A DNA stretch of 63,850 nucleotides, counting the filler, from Intoshia linei (Eukaryota > Animalia > Orthonectida): assembly GCA_001642005.1 (NCBI GenBank). It is 8 parts of 8 records of this genome, joined end to end, with 100 filler letters (N's around TTAATTAATTAA, not from the genome) between each part and the next. Parts side by side here need not be neighbours in the genome. Positions count along the whole stretch, not along the records: positions 11,980 to 19,220 come from LWCA01001584.1; positions 19,321 to 27,941 come from LWCA01001434.1; 6 more parts are not named here. One strand, 5' to 3'. The notes below the pieces were generated by a model, which worked only from the letters and a program-made list of their open reading frames with translations, did no database searches and was not told where the DNA came from. This document shows positions 12,291-25,200 of the stretch, one piece after another; positions within the stretch are counted from its first letter, which is position 1; each line of letters opens with the position of its first letter. Position numbers and translations under genes: made by a program.

Positions 12291-15200
12291 TTAATAATAT
12301 TGGTAATATTCAACCAATTCGTCTTTATTTTTTTCTATAAAATTCAAATTCATTCTAAAAAATACGATAACAATATAATAAAATTAAAAAGTACGTGATC
12401 ATAAAATCTAGAGTAGTAAAATCGGATGACAGTACTTTCAAATCTTTAAAACGCTTTATAGTTGAGTATAACTAAAAATAAATAGTCATAATAAGTACTT
12501 AATTACAACCTACCAAATTTTTTTCATCTTCATTTCTAACATAAACATGAAATGTATTAACAAAGGACTCAAATAATTGTATAATTTGAAGACTAAATTA
12601 AATGCCATAAAATGATAAATTTATTTTATATATAAATCTTTGCCAAATATGGCTCGTGAGACTTTCAAGGTTAAAATTTTTTCTATAGATTAATTGGAAC
12701 TGGAAAATGTACCACAATGATTTGTTTTATTCTAGCACCATTAATAATTTTATATTTTTTGTTTTACATTTATTAACATTTCAATAAAATAATTTCCAAA
12801 AATAGTACAAAAATGTGAATAATTAAGAGTTTTTTTGATCGTGAAGGCTTAACTTTGTGAGTTTGAAATTTTTTCTGTTATAGTTTTTATGTTAACTGTA
12901 AAATGCTATATTGCAAGGATGACCAACCTTTCCATCGCCAAAGTAGTACAAAACTGTCAAGTCAGTATATTAATATAACCATGTTTAACCCTATAATTAA
13001 TATTGATAAATTACTTTGTAACATTTTCTACAAAAAATGATATAATTTCTGGAATCATTTTTTTATTATTACAAATGTATGCAAACATTGTATCAATTCG
13101 AAATTGATATGGATTAATTTCAGTTGATAAAAAGAGAAAATCCAAATAACTACAAATAATAAAATAAAAATATATTTTTCAAACTTTTCTAAATAATAAA
13201 TTACAATCTAAACTGCGTAACATTTTGGGTTAGCAGGGGAGCATAGATAAACATATCACTATAAACAAAATCAGATCCTCTTTTCAATTCATCGTAAATA
13301 GTTTCAAAAACAGTGTAATTTCCATGTTCCACTACATAAAAAAATATACTTTGAATATAATCACGATTTAGGCTAAAAATTACATGTATTTAATGTATAA
13401 TTTTATATTTACACTTTATTATTGAGCGCCCATTCCGAATATTCTTTACTGGCCATATCAACACTTTTACTTACATTAACTTTCAAGGACAAACTATATA
13501 TAAGTTCGTTCAATTTTCTAAGTTTTTATTTTAAAATTTTGAAATTTTGAAATATAAAATTTGAAATGTTAATTACCTGCCATGTAAATCCAAAAATTCG
13601 TGTTTCTTATCAATGTCATATTCTTTACTTATTATTATTTTATCGCGAAATTTTTTCTAAAATTTTAATTTAATAATTCAAAATAATTAATGCATAGAGG
13701 TTTTCAATAATTTAATTTCTGACTTTACTGGCTATTTTTAAATGGTTGCTCGTAAATTGTTCATTTTCTACCAAAACTCAACTTTTTTTAGTATTTGTTA
13801 TAAAAAACATAATTCTAACATTAAAAATGATATGGAAAAGTAACCTGTAAGTAGAAAATACTTATAATATATATTATGGATTAAATTACATTTATATATT
13901 CCATTGTTTCCGTTTCAGTGAACATTGCATTGAGATAGGCATAAGAATAATAATAATTACGCCAAACTAAATATTCTGATTCTTTATCAATGTATTCAAA
14001 TAATTTTATAGCAAATATTAATTTTGAGTACCCTTGCCTAAAAACTTAAAAAATTATTATATAAAAAGTATAAATAAAAAAATTTAAAAATAAAGAAACG
14101 TATTGTAAATTTTATGTCCACTGTGAATCATATTCTGTTATATTTTATATAATTTACCAGCTTTATTGTTATGTACTTCGTACAAACAGAAACTAGCTCT
14201 ACCGAGGGCAAAGTTTTTTAATTCTACCAAAAAAATAAATTCGATAAAATCTTACCTAAAAATGGTAATACAGCAGACGTTCGAAAAGTGATCACCTCCA
14301 TAAAATTGAACACTTGTCCAAAAAAGTGGTCACTTTTCAATACAATTTATATAACAAGGGAATGAGTATTTTTTTCATGATTGAACGATTAATGGGGTAT
14401 AATGTACTACAACCAAAATTGAGTGTATTTTTTTCACATTACCTTTTAATTTAAAGTGCATTATTCTCACTTAATGTTATTTTGTTAACAATTATGTAAA
14501 GAATTTTAAAAAAAATTTTGTGGTCCCATTTTTTAATTTATTAAAGAATGAGTGATTAATCTTAAAAATTAACTAAAAACAGTAAAATCCTAAAAATTTT
14601 CATAAATAATTTAAATTCCAAAAAATTTCAAATTGTCAATAAACCCGTATTTTCTTTTGTAATATTGTTATAATGTGTATTTTTAGAAATAAGGACTCAA
14701 TTTCGGAAAATGAAATTTAGATATAAACATCACCCGCGAAAAATTGTATTATTAGAAATTCAACGACTTTTAATTTTTTAAATAAGCGGTAACACACAGA
14801 CATTCCATTTTATATAAGTAAAGGACATATTAAAATTAAAATAAACCGAGCAGCAAGCATTGCATCATATAATATTCCTGAACGCGTTAACGTAGAAAAA
14901 ACCTAAAATTATTTGTTAATTCATAATTAAATTGTAACTTTAATCATATTTTATGAAGACTAAAATTGTAAAGGTAAATATTGTTCTAAACATTAATTAC
15001 CAAATGATTTTCTAACAATTGATTTTGAATTTTCATAATATTATTCTCATCGTATACAAAAATAGCTGGAACCACATGATCTATATTACAAACGAACCAA
15101 TCTGATTCTGATATTATCACATTAATAAAATCTAGTATTACAATTATCATAATAATATTTAATTTTTCTATAATTAATTCAGGATAATTATTTAAATAAA

Positions 15201-18200
15201 TGAATGAAAACCAATTTTTTTGTTCAAATAAAGTGTATAGATTTTATCACTAGCTTGTGTTTGACATATGATTGGTATAGTCCAGCTAAATAATATACAT
15301 TAATAACATTTATTATAGTATTATAATTTATAAATGTTGATACCAGTCAACAGTTAATAACATGATATAATAAAAATTACAATTCAATATTAGTGTTATT
15401 ACAATTTTCAATATCCATTTTGTCTGTATAATATTTTTTCGCTAGAATTTGTTCAACGATAATTTGAGTTTTATTTTCATTTAAATAGCAGAAAATGATG
15501 ACATTTCCGCATTTTCTCATCCAAGAATAAAGAATATCATATATGGGTACATCTCGTACATTTTTCTAAAAATTAAAAAATTAACTTTAATAATTACACT
15601 TATATTCAAGGTTTTTTTATCGAATATAAGAATATTGATGGTTACAGTAGTATAATTTGTTTTTTTCAATAAAATCAATTTTTCGATTTATCATCCTTTC
15701 CATAAATTTTTGGTTGGTCGCTGTCGGCACGATTATATTTCATTAACAACATTATCCAAAAATTGTTCCAATTAGTTATATAGTTTTTTACTTGTAACTT
15801 TTTTAGCGCTACATATTTATTTGCGAAATATTGTACAATAGTTATTATTGTATAATTATTAATAATAAACGATTGCTTTAACCTTTCAAATTAAATATTT
15901 GAAAACGTGGTTAATGAAATATAGCCGTGTTAATACCGACCCGACCAAAATTTATAAAATTTGTGATAACTCAAAAACTTTATGTGATTAGAAAACATTA
16001 ATAATATCACGTTCATCAGCGCTATAAACTTGTACTCGGGATATATTGTTTGTTTCTGATAAAATTAAAAAGCTTCGTTTGCTTATTTTTATTATCAGTG
16101 TTATTGGTGAAATTAAAAAATAGAACATGTATATTAGACAAACATATATTATACAGTACATTAGATTTAAACTTACTGCCAAATGATTTTCAAATTGTTT
16201 AATATTTACGGTCTTGTTTTCATTTATTTTTACAAAATTCTAAAAAAAATTAAATTTTGATAATGAAAAAAATACACTCAATTTTTGTTGTAGTACATCA
16301 TACCCCATTAATTGTTCAATCATGAAAAAAATACTCATTCCTTTGTTATATACAATTGTATTGAAAATTTGATGTATATCTTCACTTTTTTGTAAATTTA
16401 AATTTATTATTGGGTAATCTCCAAATTCAATATCGTGTAGTATAACTTTTTGAACTGCCAACATTATGAATTGTTCCTAAACCAATTTTTAATAAGATTG
16501 CAACGTTAGAATACCATTTTCCATTCAGGGTATATTTTTAATAATGAACTGTACATTAAATAGTTTGCTACGCCTTCGTTTATTACAATTGAATCCCACC
16601 AATCTGTTGTAATTGTATTTCCGTACCACTAATATTTATATTAAGTTGTAATTTAACAATAATATTATTTATATTATAGATTACTCGTACATAACATTAT
16701 TGTATATTAGAAAAATAGTTTCACTCAATTTTGTAATTTTCATTGTAAAAACCCCTTAGCTGTTAAAAATAAATTTTATTGTTTGTATTTATGGTACACG
16801 TTTCAGTGGGTCGTACATAGATCATATCCACATTTAAAAAACAAAAATTAGCGTCAATTATGAAACAGGAAAAATTTTGTTAAGATCTCAACTTTTTTAT
16901 TAAATATTTATTTTGCAGGGTTCAGCCTCCTCAATGTAGTGGGTTGAAATTTAAAAAAATATAAAATGTTGTTAAAAAGAAACATGTTTAAATGAAAAAA
17001 TTAGAGTGTAATGATTCATATTTATATTTTAATTATTTACATATTAATCGTTATTTTTTAAATGCTATATTAAATATGCAGATAAAATTCATCCGAAATA
17101 TGTTTTTAAACTGCTGCTTCCGTTAATTATTGATACATAATTGGTATTTTTAATTCTTTATTAAGTTGGTAATGAAGCATGTTAGATTAAATTTAAATTT
17201 ATAATGTTAAAATTAGATAAGTCCGCCCTCGGCAGAGTTATGTGCTGTTAGTACGTCGTACAAAACAGTCAAGCTAGTAATACTATATTATAGATTTCCC
17301 TTGCTCGGGTGGCAAAGGAAAATTAATTGAATCGACTTAATTTTTTGGCTAATCATTATTTACCACCTTTATCAAAATATCAAAAGCATTTTCTTAATTT
17401 AAAAATTTTCTTGTTTATGAACCACCCTAATATATATCTATAAATAGTGTACATCATGTGCAACTTCATGACTAATAATTGAAGATGTAACAAGTAAATT
17501 TGATGGACCAGACAGCGTTTTGTCCAATAGTAGATATCGCTGTACGTAAATAACTAAACCCCAATTTTCCATGGCTCCTCCGTTCATCGCGGGTATTCCG
17601 ACGTGGTCTAAACTGTCAATTATAAAAATTAAAAAATAATAATAAGGACCATTCAACAGTGCTTATTGAGCACTACACAGTTACTGTTCATATAATCACA
17701 ATACAACAATATGCAGACAATCCTTTACTTCTATAAAAATAAATGTCTGTTTGTGTGTGTATTTAACCAATTATTGAAAAAATGGACAAACGTATGATTT
17801 AAAAAAAACCCTATTTCTAATACAGTTTTTCCCAGAGCGTTTTTTTATCTATTTTTCAGTTTCAGAATTTGAGTCCTTCATGGTCAAAACTATTTTATTC
17901 AAACAACAAATTTGAAATAATTAATGGTCCTACAATTAAAAAACAGATTATTCTGATAGAGCTTATTCCATTTGCTATAAATGCAAAATTTTAACCCCAG
18001 AATCTATGGATTCCCGGTGAAAAATAATTTCTAATATATCATTGATAATAATCATGATTTAACCAATATTTTTCAAATTTTAGATTAAAATAAAAAAGTA
18101 AAATAATAATCCTACAATTTCAAAAAATTAAATAAATATGGGTGAAAATCTACATAATTCATTAATTCTGGTTTTTTTTCATTACTACGCAATTTTTGAT

Positions 18201-18942
18201 TCTCAAATTATCATTTTCAAAATATTTTAGTCATTTTTATATTTATTACAATGCTTGCAATATTGGTAATATTCATCTGAAATATGTTTCTAAAGTGCTG
18301 ATTCCGTTAATTATTGATACATAATTGGTATTTTTAATTATTTATTAGATTGGTACTGAATATCCCTTTGACATATTGCGATGTTTTTTTATATAAGAAA
18401 AATATAATCATTCTGTCTAATAAATTAAAAAATTGAGATAACAATTTTTTTTAAAAATCTTTACACAAATGTTACAAAAAAATATATTTAACGTGGAATA
18501 ATTAACTTTAAATTAAAAGTTACTGTGATATGAAGTGTCCAGGTGTAACAAGTTTGGAACCACTCCTTTAAATTATTGATAATAGTAAATAGTAACATTT
18601 TTAGGTTAAATAGTTATTGACATGTGAATTTATTTTTCTGATAGAATAAAAATGTCCGCCCTCGACAGAGCTAGGATGCTGTTTGTACAAAGTACATAAC
18701 AGTCAAACTAGTTACTAGTCAATATATTGTATTATGATTTTTTAATTTTACTAAGTTACCAAAAAAGTTATGTCATTTCTACCTATTTATGACCAGTGGC
18801 CACACTATATAATTGCATTACCGACTTTCTTGACTATGTTCGATTTATTAAAGTAATCAAAAAAGTATTCATAGCTCTTTGGTAAAAAATCACGTGTATA
18901 ATTGACGTATTTTACAAGTTGATCATCCAGCCATATATTTAC
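12291..18942 (-). CDS. M1 family aminopeptidase N-like metallopeptidase, multi-exon, 5' exons missing
   Basis: GGAMENWGL and HEVAH (17610-17455). Next exon WYGNTITTDWWDSIVINEG carries the third Zn ligand. FNTIVYNKG carries the catalytic Tyr (~16350). RSGILYDAMLAA, FRIDTMFAYIC and C-terminal NLNFIEKNKDELVEYY* follow. Confidence 0.92.
14157..14825 (-). mobile_element. Non-autonomous Helitron carrying a captured host-exon fragment (14334-14436)
   Basis: 5' TCCTTTACTTATATAAAA, 3' TGTAC-GAA-GTACA hairpin then CTGG|T. Collinear with the 17721-18711 copy apart from the insert. Confidence 0.8.
17080..17277 (+). mobile_element. 3' part of a Helitron copy
   Basis: 17085-17170 matches 18272-18360. Ends CCGCCCTCGGCAGAG...GTACGTCGTAC...CTAG|T. 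Confidence 0.75.
17721..18711 (+). mobile_element. Full-length non-autonomous Helitron
   Basis: A|TCCTTTACTTCTATAAAAAT...TGTACAAAGTACA...CTAG|T. TC/CTAG termini, inserted between A and T, no TSD. Confidence 0.85.
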
Positions 18943-19320
18943 CTAAGATTATTTTAAAATTTTTATTAGGCTCAATATACAAATTAGTCATATTCATTAA
19001 TATACGATATATACGTTTCAGGCGTATGTTCCATGGGGCACAAAATAACATGATTTACAATAATTTGAATCGTAATGTTAACGTTTTTCCGCTGATTCGT
19101 TTATTAATTCATTAAAATTTTGATCGTGTATACATGTATAATAGGGTGTCCACTTTTTTAAAGATTAAAAAGTATATTTGCTTATAGATGTATTTTTATG
19201 CGCTGATCACGATTATGTATNNNNNNNNNNNNNNNNNNNNNNNNNNNNNNNNNNNNNNNNNNNNTTAATTAATTAANNNNNNNNNNNNNNNNNNNNNNNN
19301 NNNNNNNNNNNNNNNNNNNN

Positions 19321-21050
19321 TTAAATGTCTCAACGAAAAAAATATTCAGAATTGTCTCATCGTAATGGACAATGTTAAATATCACAAAAATCTACCAAAC
19401 AACGTACAGTGCGCGCAATAAACATAGGTCCAACCGATTTATATTATTCTTTGGTCTATTAAAATTAATTTTCATGAATATTTCATCTATATTATAAAAG
19501 GTATTAAAAAATACGCTTGTTGATACAATTATTTTTCTTCTGCCACCTTTATATGAAGTTATCACACAAATAGCTAATTAGCCGCGCAATAAACATAGGA
19601 CACCTCAAATTAAAATAATATATTTACAATTTAATAATGTGTCTTTTCTCCTTTATTGATCACATCTTCAAGGCATCTATCCTTCATTGTCAATACTAAC
19701 TTTTCAATAACATCTTTATGGATATTTTCCCATTCTGTCAATATTATCTGCGTCAACTGATCTTTATTTTTAAATTGCCTGCCATTTTTGTATGCGGACC
19801 TTGCCAAAATTCCCCATAAGTTTTCTATTGGGTTAAGTTAAGGTCAGGACACTTCGATGACCAGTTCATTACACTAACAAAATGTTCTTCAAATTATGTT
19901 TTGCTTTACCATAAGTGTGGATTGGAGCATTATTTTGTTGAAAAATTTAATCTGTACCATAATGAAAGTGAGCAAATGGAAGTAGAAATTCAGATAAGGT
20001 AAAAATATAATCCTCAGAGTTCTGCTTTCCATTCAGAATCGCCAATTTGGATGTGCCTTTCTGTGAAAATACTCCCAGACCACTACCGATCCACCTCCAC
20101 TTTGCCGCGTAGAGTAGACTTCTTTTTCCTTTCGTAGATCATACCAATAAAACTGGAATCCATCAGGACCGTCCAAATTGAATTTTTTTCATATCAAATA
20201 TCACTCAATATTCAATATACAATTCAATATTCAATATTACAGAATTCCAATTTGGACCCAAATACACGTATTTTATGGCAAAAAAAATCCTATTTTCTTT
20301 ATGAGCTTTTGAAAGGACCGGAGCATGATGTCGTTTACTCCATTGAAGGTGGGAACAATTACTTATCACCTGTTGAACCGTACGAAGCTTCACGCCTAAT
20401 TCTAAATTTTGCATGATGTCTCTGGCTGTATATTGACCGCTTGAAGCATCACGTATAATATGAGACTCCATTTTTGAAGTAAGTTTCTTAAGCCTACCTG
20501 GACTTTTTGATTTTCCATATGACTCTGGGTTGTGTATAAATCTTGATATCACATTTCTAGACCTTTTAATATGTTTAGCAATGTATTTGTGTGATTTATT
20601 TTCAGTTTTTAATGACATAATTTGACCCTTTTTAAAATCAGTTAAATGTTTACCTCTGCCCATTGCTAAAATATACATAAATAAATAAATTATGTATTAT
20701 TGAGAAGATACTATATATATAAACATAATGAAAATGGTAATTACATTTTTAAATTTGATTATCGTATAAAAAAAGTGAATTGAATGTGAAGTGTTCTATG
20801 TTTATTGCGCGGCTAATTAGCGATTTGTCTGATAACTTTTAATATAAAGGTGGCAGAAGAAAAATAATGGTATCAACAAGCGTACTTTTAATATCTTTTT
20901 TAATAGAGATGAAATATTCATGAAAATTAATGTTAATAGACCAAAAAATAATATAAATTAGTTGGACATATGTTTATTGCGCGCACTGTACCTAAAATGT
21001 CTAATAAAAAGAAAGCTTTTATCGATTAATTATCGATGAAATTAAAGTTG
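19321..21050 (+). pseudogene. Fragment of an IS630-Tc1-mariner transposase (Sailor/DD82E-like) interrupted by the Tc3-like element
   Basis: CLIVMDNVKYHKNLPNNV before the TA insertion site continues in frame as PKMSNKKKAFID after it. Confidence 0.55.
19407..20988 (-). mobile_element. Full-length but decayed Tc1/Tc3-like transposon with ~200-bp IR/DR termini
   Basis: TA|CAGTGCGCGCAATAAACAT ... ATGTTTATTGCGCGCACTG|TA. Transposase 20663-19631: MGRGKHLT, KFNLDGPDG, GGGSVVVW, QQNNAPIH, NPIENLWG, with frameshifts. Confidence 0.95.
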
Positions 21051-22211
21051 GTGTAAGTGGATGATGGAACATAAAACTTAGAAAATTAAATTATCATGTT
21101 CCATAATTAGACCCTTCTTAATTTTAACTATCAAATGCAATTTTTATATTAACTCAAGCTTTAAACCGACGGTAACATATTTATAGTATAAGTCAAATTT
21201 AACGGAATTTTTGGAACATCTAAATCAAAATTATAAAATTTCGTTCAACTAGCCTACTTAGTATTTCGATGAAAATTTTTTTATTTTCGAGATGAATCAT
21301 CTACAGATCAGGACTAATTACACTTGTATATTTTTATTTATAGATATTTATTTTAGAATAAAATTCGTTTCGTTAATTTTTTCGAATTTAAAATATTTGC
21401 GCTGTGATGAATAAAATGTTTTCTAGATTATCTATTTTTTAAATTTTGATTTAACTTCATTTTGAAGCTTTTACTTACATAGGCCATGTAGGTGACATCT
21501 ACTGTTAATAAGTAGTATACATGTATTTGTAAATTTTTGACTTTTAATTACTCTTATTTTATGTTAAATTTAAAAGTAATACAGTTCAAATATATTTTGA
21601 ACTGTTAAATTAATAATTTCGTTTATAGAAATAAAATTTGAAATGGTTTCAATTATGTTATAAGATTAATCTACTTTTATATATATTTATATTGTTAGCA
21701 TTAAAATTTATTGTAAATAATCAAAACAAGCGTGAAATATCTAACATACAATTGGTAACCTTAATATATAACACGTAGTGGAATAAAACAACTGTTACAT
21801 GTACGATATCTAACGATACAAAAAGTTTTTAGTTCAATTGAATACTAAAATATAATATAATAAATATTTTAATACAAAATTAAATTTGCAAACATATATT
21901 AGTGCTACAGATTAAACTTACTAAAACCATAACCTAATTTTAAGTTTATGGAATATGGAAATGTTAGAGATTACTCAATATTAACGTCTCTAAAATGTTG
22001 ATGTACATTTAGGTCTTAACTATTATATATTAAGTTTCTGTGTTACACAAAGTATCTAAATTCAATTGCAAATAAAAGTTTATTGACTTTTAATTAATTT
22101 TTACATATTCTTAGTTGTACCTTTAAATAGGACTGGTGATAATTCGACAAAATAGTTTATTCATAAACTTGCTATTAACATATATATATTATTGAAATTA
22201 AACATTTATAA

Positions 22212-25200
22212 ATGCAACCAAATGATATTCTCGTTTTTGATTTGGATAATACATTGACGTTTCCAGGAGAGGTTTTTTATTTTTTATTAAAATTATTATT
22301 GTGTCTAGAAAATTTCAAAAGAAATGAACACTTTGATTAATTTAGCGTGTAAATATTTTACACTTGGTATCATTACGGCTTCTTCATATAACAATACAAA
22401 AAGACAGCTAGTTGGTAACTATATGTATATTACATGTTAATATAATAATTAATAATTATATATTCTACAGCAGTGCTTTTCATGGGGGGTAACTGGTCAA
22501 TCCCAAGGGGTAAATAATTTTATTAGGGGTGAATACGAAAATTTTAGATGATTGTGGACGAATTTAAAATTTTCAGCATATTTCAGTCAATCATCCAATT
22601 TAATAAAATGTTATGAGAAAAAACCAAAATTTTACAAGCCCTTAAGGAAATAATCCCCTTTTACAAAATATTTTTTTGAAAAATCAAATTTTATCAAACT
22701 TTTGGAACAAAAACCACTCTATCTGATCCCAAAAGAAAAAAAATGATTTGATCAACCCTTAAGGAAAAAATCCTACTTTAACAATATTTTTTTGAAAAAT
22801 TTTATTTTATCAAACTTTTAGAACATAAACCATTCTATCTGATCCCATAAGAAAAAATCTAAATTACCAACCCTTAAGGAAAAAACAACTTTTACCAATA
22901 CTTTAAAAATTTTTGAGAAGCACTGTTCTACACAGTAGTTAAGAATCATTTCTTTTCCAAATTTTATCAAATATTTCATTTTATATATCGAATATTGACT
23001 TGGTATCTCGGCACGATTAATCGAGGTGCAATTGTAGGTCAAATATGATTATTAATTTTGATAATTTTAAATCTTTTTTGATGGGTACTTATAATGTAAT
23101 AATTATAATGTTCGTTGGTTAGGGGTCGTTATCACTGATATTCATTTATTCAACTACAAATTTGTAATCAAATTAAAATTTCATGCTTTAGATTTACATA
23201 AATATCAATATATATTCGCTGAATCTGGGAGTGTATTCTACCACAATGGTGAATTGATTTATCAAAAGGTAATTAATAGTTAATGATTTCTTTAATTTGA
23301 AAATTGAACATAATCGATAATTTATCCATTAACAAGGAATTATGATCTGTAATTACATCTGTAAATGTGGAATTACAAAATGTTATCATTAGCGCGTACT
23401 ACTTTGTATAAAATTGTAGAAATGAGGTCGTTTAATACAAAAAATTACGAATCCCTCATTTATTAAGTAGAGTAGTTTTTAACAGAGTCCAACCTATCAG
23501 TTTAAAACCTCTTAAAATTTCGCAAACTATGCGTAATGTTATACCCTTTAACCACCTCTCCACGGGTTTGGACTTACACTGTAAGTCTTACAGTACAATT
23601 AAATTGGATACACAGTAGTTATCATATTCAAAAATGAAACCCGTTTTAATTAATGAGGCAAGCCGCCAACCCCGAGAAAGGTATCGTATACAGTTGGTTC
23701 GGCTCGTTTTGTCTCCTATTTAAATTTTAAAACTGTGGTATAATATATAACAGGGTAGTCCAAATCGTGACCCGTAGAATTGTTTAGTAAAATATTTTGT
23801 AAAACAGGTAAATAAGCCGTGTAAGGAGAACAATGTTTTTTAATTTGTATTAAGAGAATAAACTAAGAAGGAAAGAATGATGAAATAATTGGTAAAATTT
23901 TTAAAATTTATTTTGTAGCCCTCACATCTCGTGTTTTTGGATCACCTTGATATATAAGATAATCTCAGAGAATTAAAAATACTTTTCAGTCTTTTTAAAA
24001 TTTCCAAATTGGACACTTTAACTAGTGACGTACCTACCGTGCCTCGACGAAATTTTTGGTAAAATGGGGCCTCATTTTACAAAATTAATTTTGGATAACA
24101 TACCTATTTTGTGATAAATTTTAAATGTATGGTGAAGAGAAGGGGTAAACGGGGTTGTACCGCCTCCTGAGGGCGATTTCAAATTTTTAATAATTTTTAT
24201 TATTCTATTATTCTATTAATATTAAATTATTAACTATTCATTAATCTCTTTCAAAATAATAGTCTAAAAAGTTAATTTTATCAATTTTTAAATTTATCAT
24301 TATTAAAAAAACAATATTAATCCTGACGATTTAAAATACTCTCGAGAAAATTTAAGCCTATTAAAAACTACATCCTAATGATCAGTTTGGAAAAATGTAT
24401 TCTCCATTTTACAAAAATTGCGTTAAAGGCACCTAAGTGGGGTACGGTACTTTAGGTTCGGATCTGGATTAGTACAGTTTCGGCAAACTTGTATATGATT
24501 AAATAATTGTTGTATTCATGTAGTCCTTTTGTCAATTTGTTGAAGAAGAAAAACTTCAAAAGTTAATTAATTTTGCTTTAAAAGAGCTTTCCAACATTGA
24601 TTTACCCTTAAAAAGGTAATTATGACAAGCTCCGTTTTTCTCAAGGGGCGATTTTTTAAATATAATAAAACCGTAGTATATATAATAACAAATAATATAT
24701 CCGCAGGGCGTGGAGTTGGATAGGATAATGAGACCATTACGATTAAAACGGGCTTATAATAAGCCTTATTATTCTTAATTAATAAGTAATAAACAATGTT
24801 TTTACCCCTTATGTTCTACGATAATGCTAAAAAAAGTTTGTTACAGCTGAATTAAACCACACAGCGTTTCCAAAAAGCCAGTCCGCAGACCAGTCCGTGA
24901 AAAACATTTTACGTTTAAAGGGATGATAAACTTTAATTTTTTCATTTGGGTTGGACAAAGACTACTAATTAAGTGGATTCTTTTCTTAAATTTTGTGAAA
25001 TTGTATTTTTCAAAAAAATATTGCAAAAAAGAGATTTTTCCCTTTAGGGTTGGTAAAAATCCATTTGCAAGTGTTTTCGCTTATTATTTGGTAAAATCAC
25101 AATTTTTAGAAAAATATTAGAAAAAATGGATTTTTCCTTATGGATGGTAAACTCGAATTTTTTCATTTGTGTTGGATTAAGTGGTTTCTTTCCTTTTATT

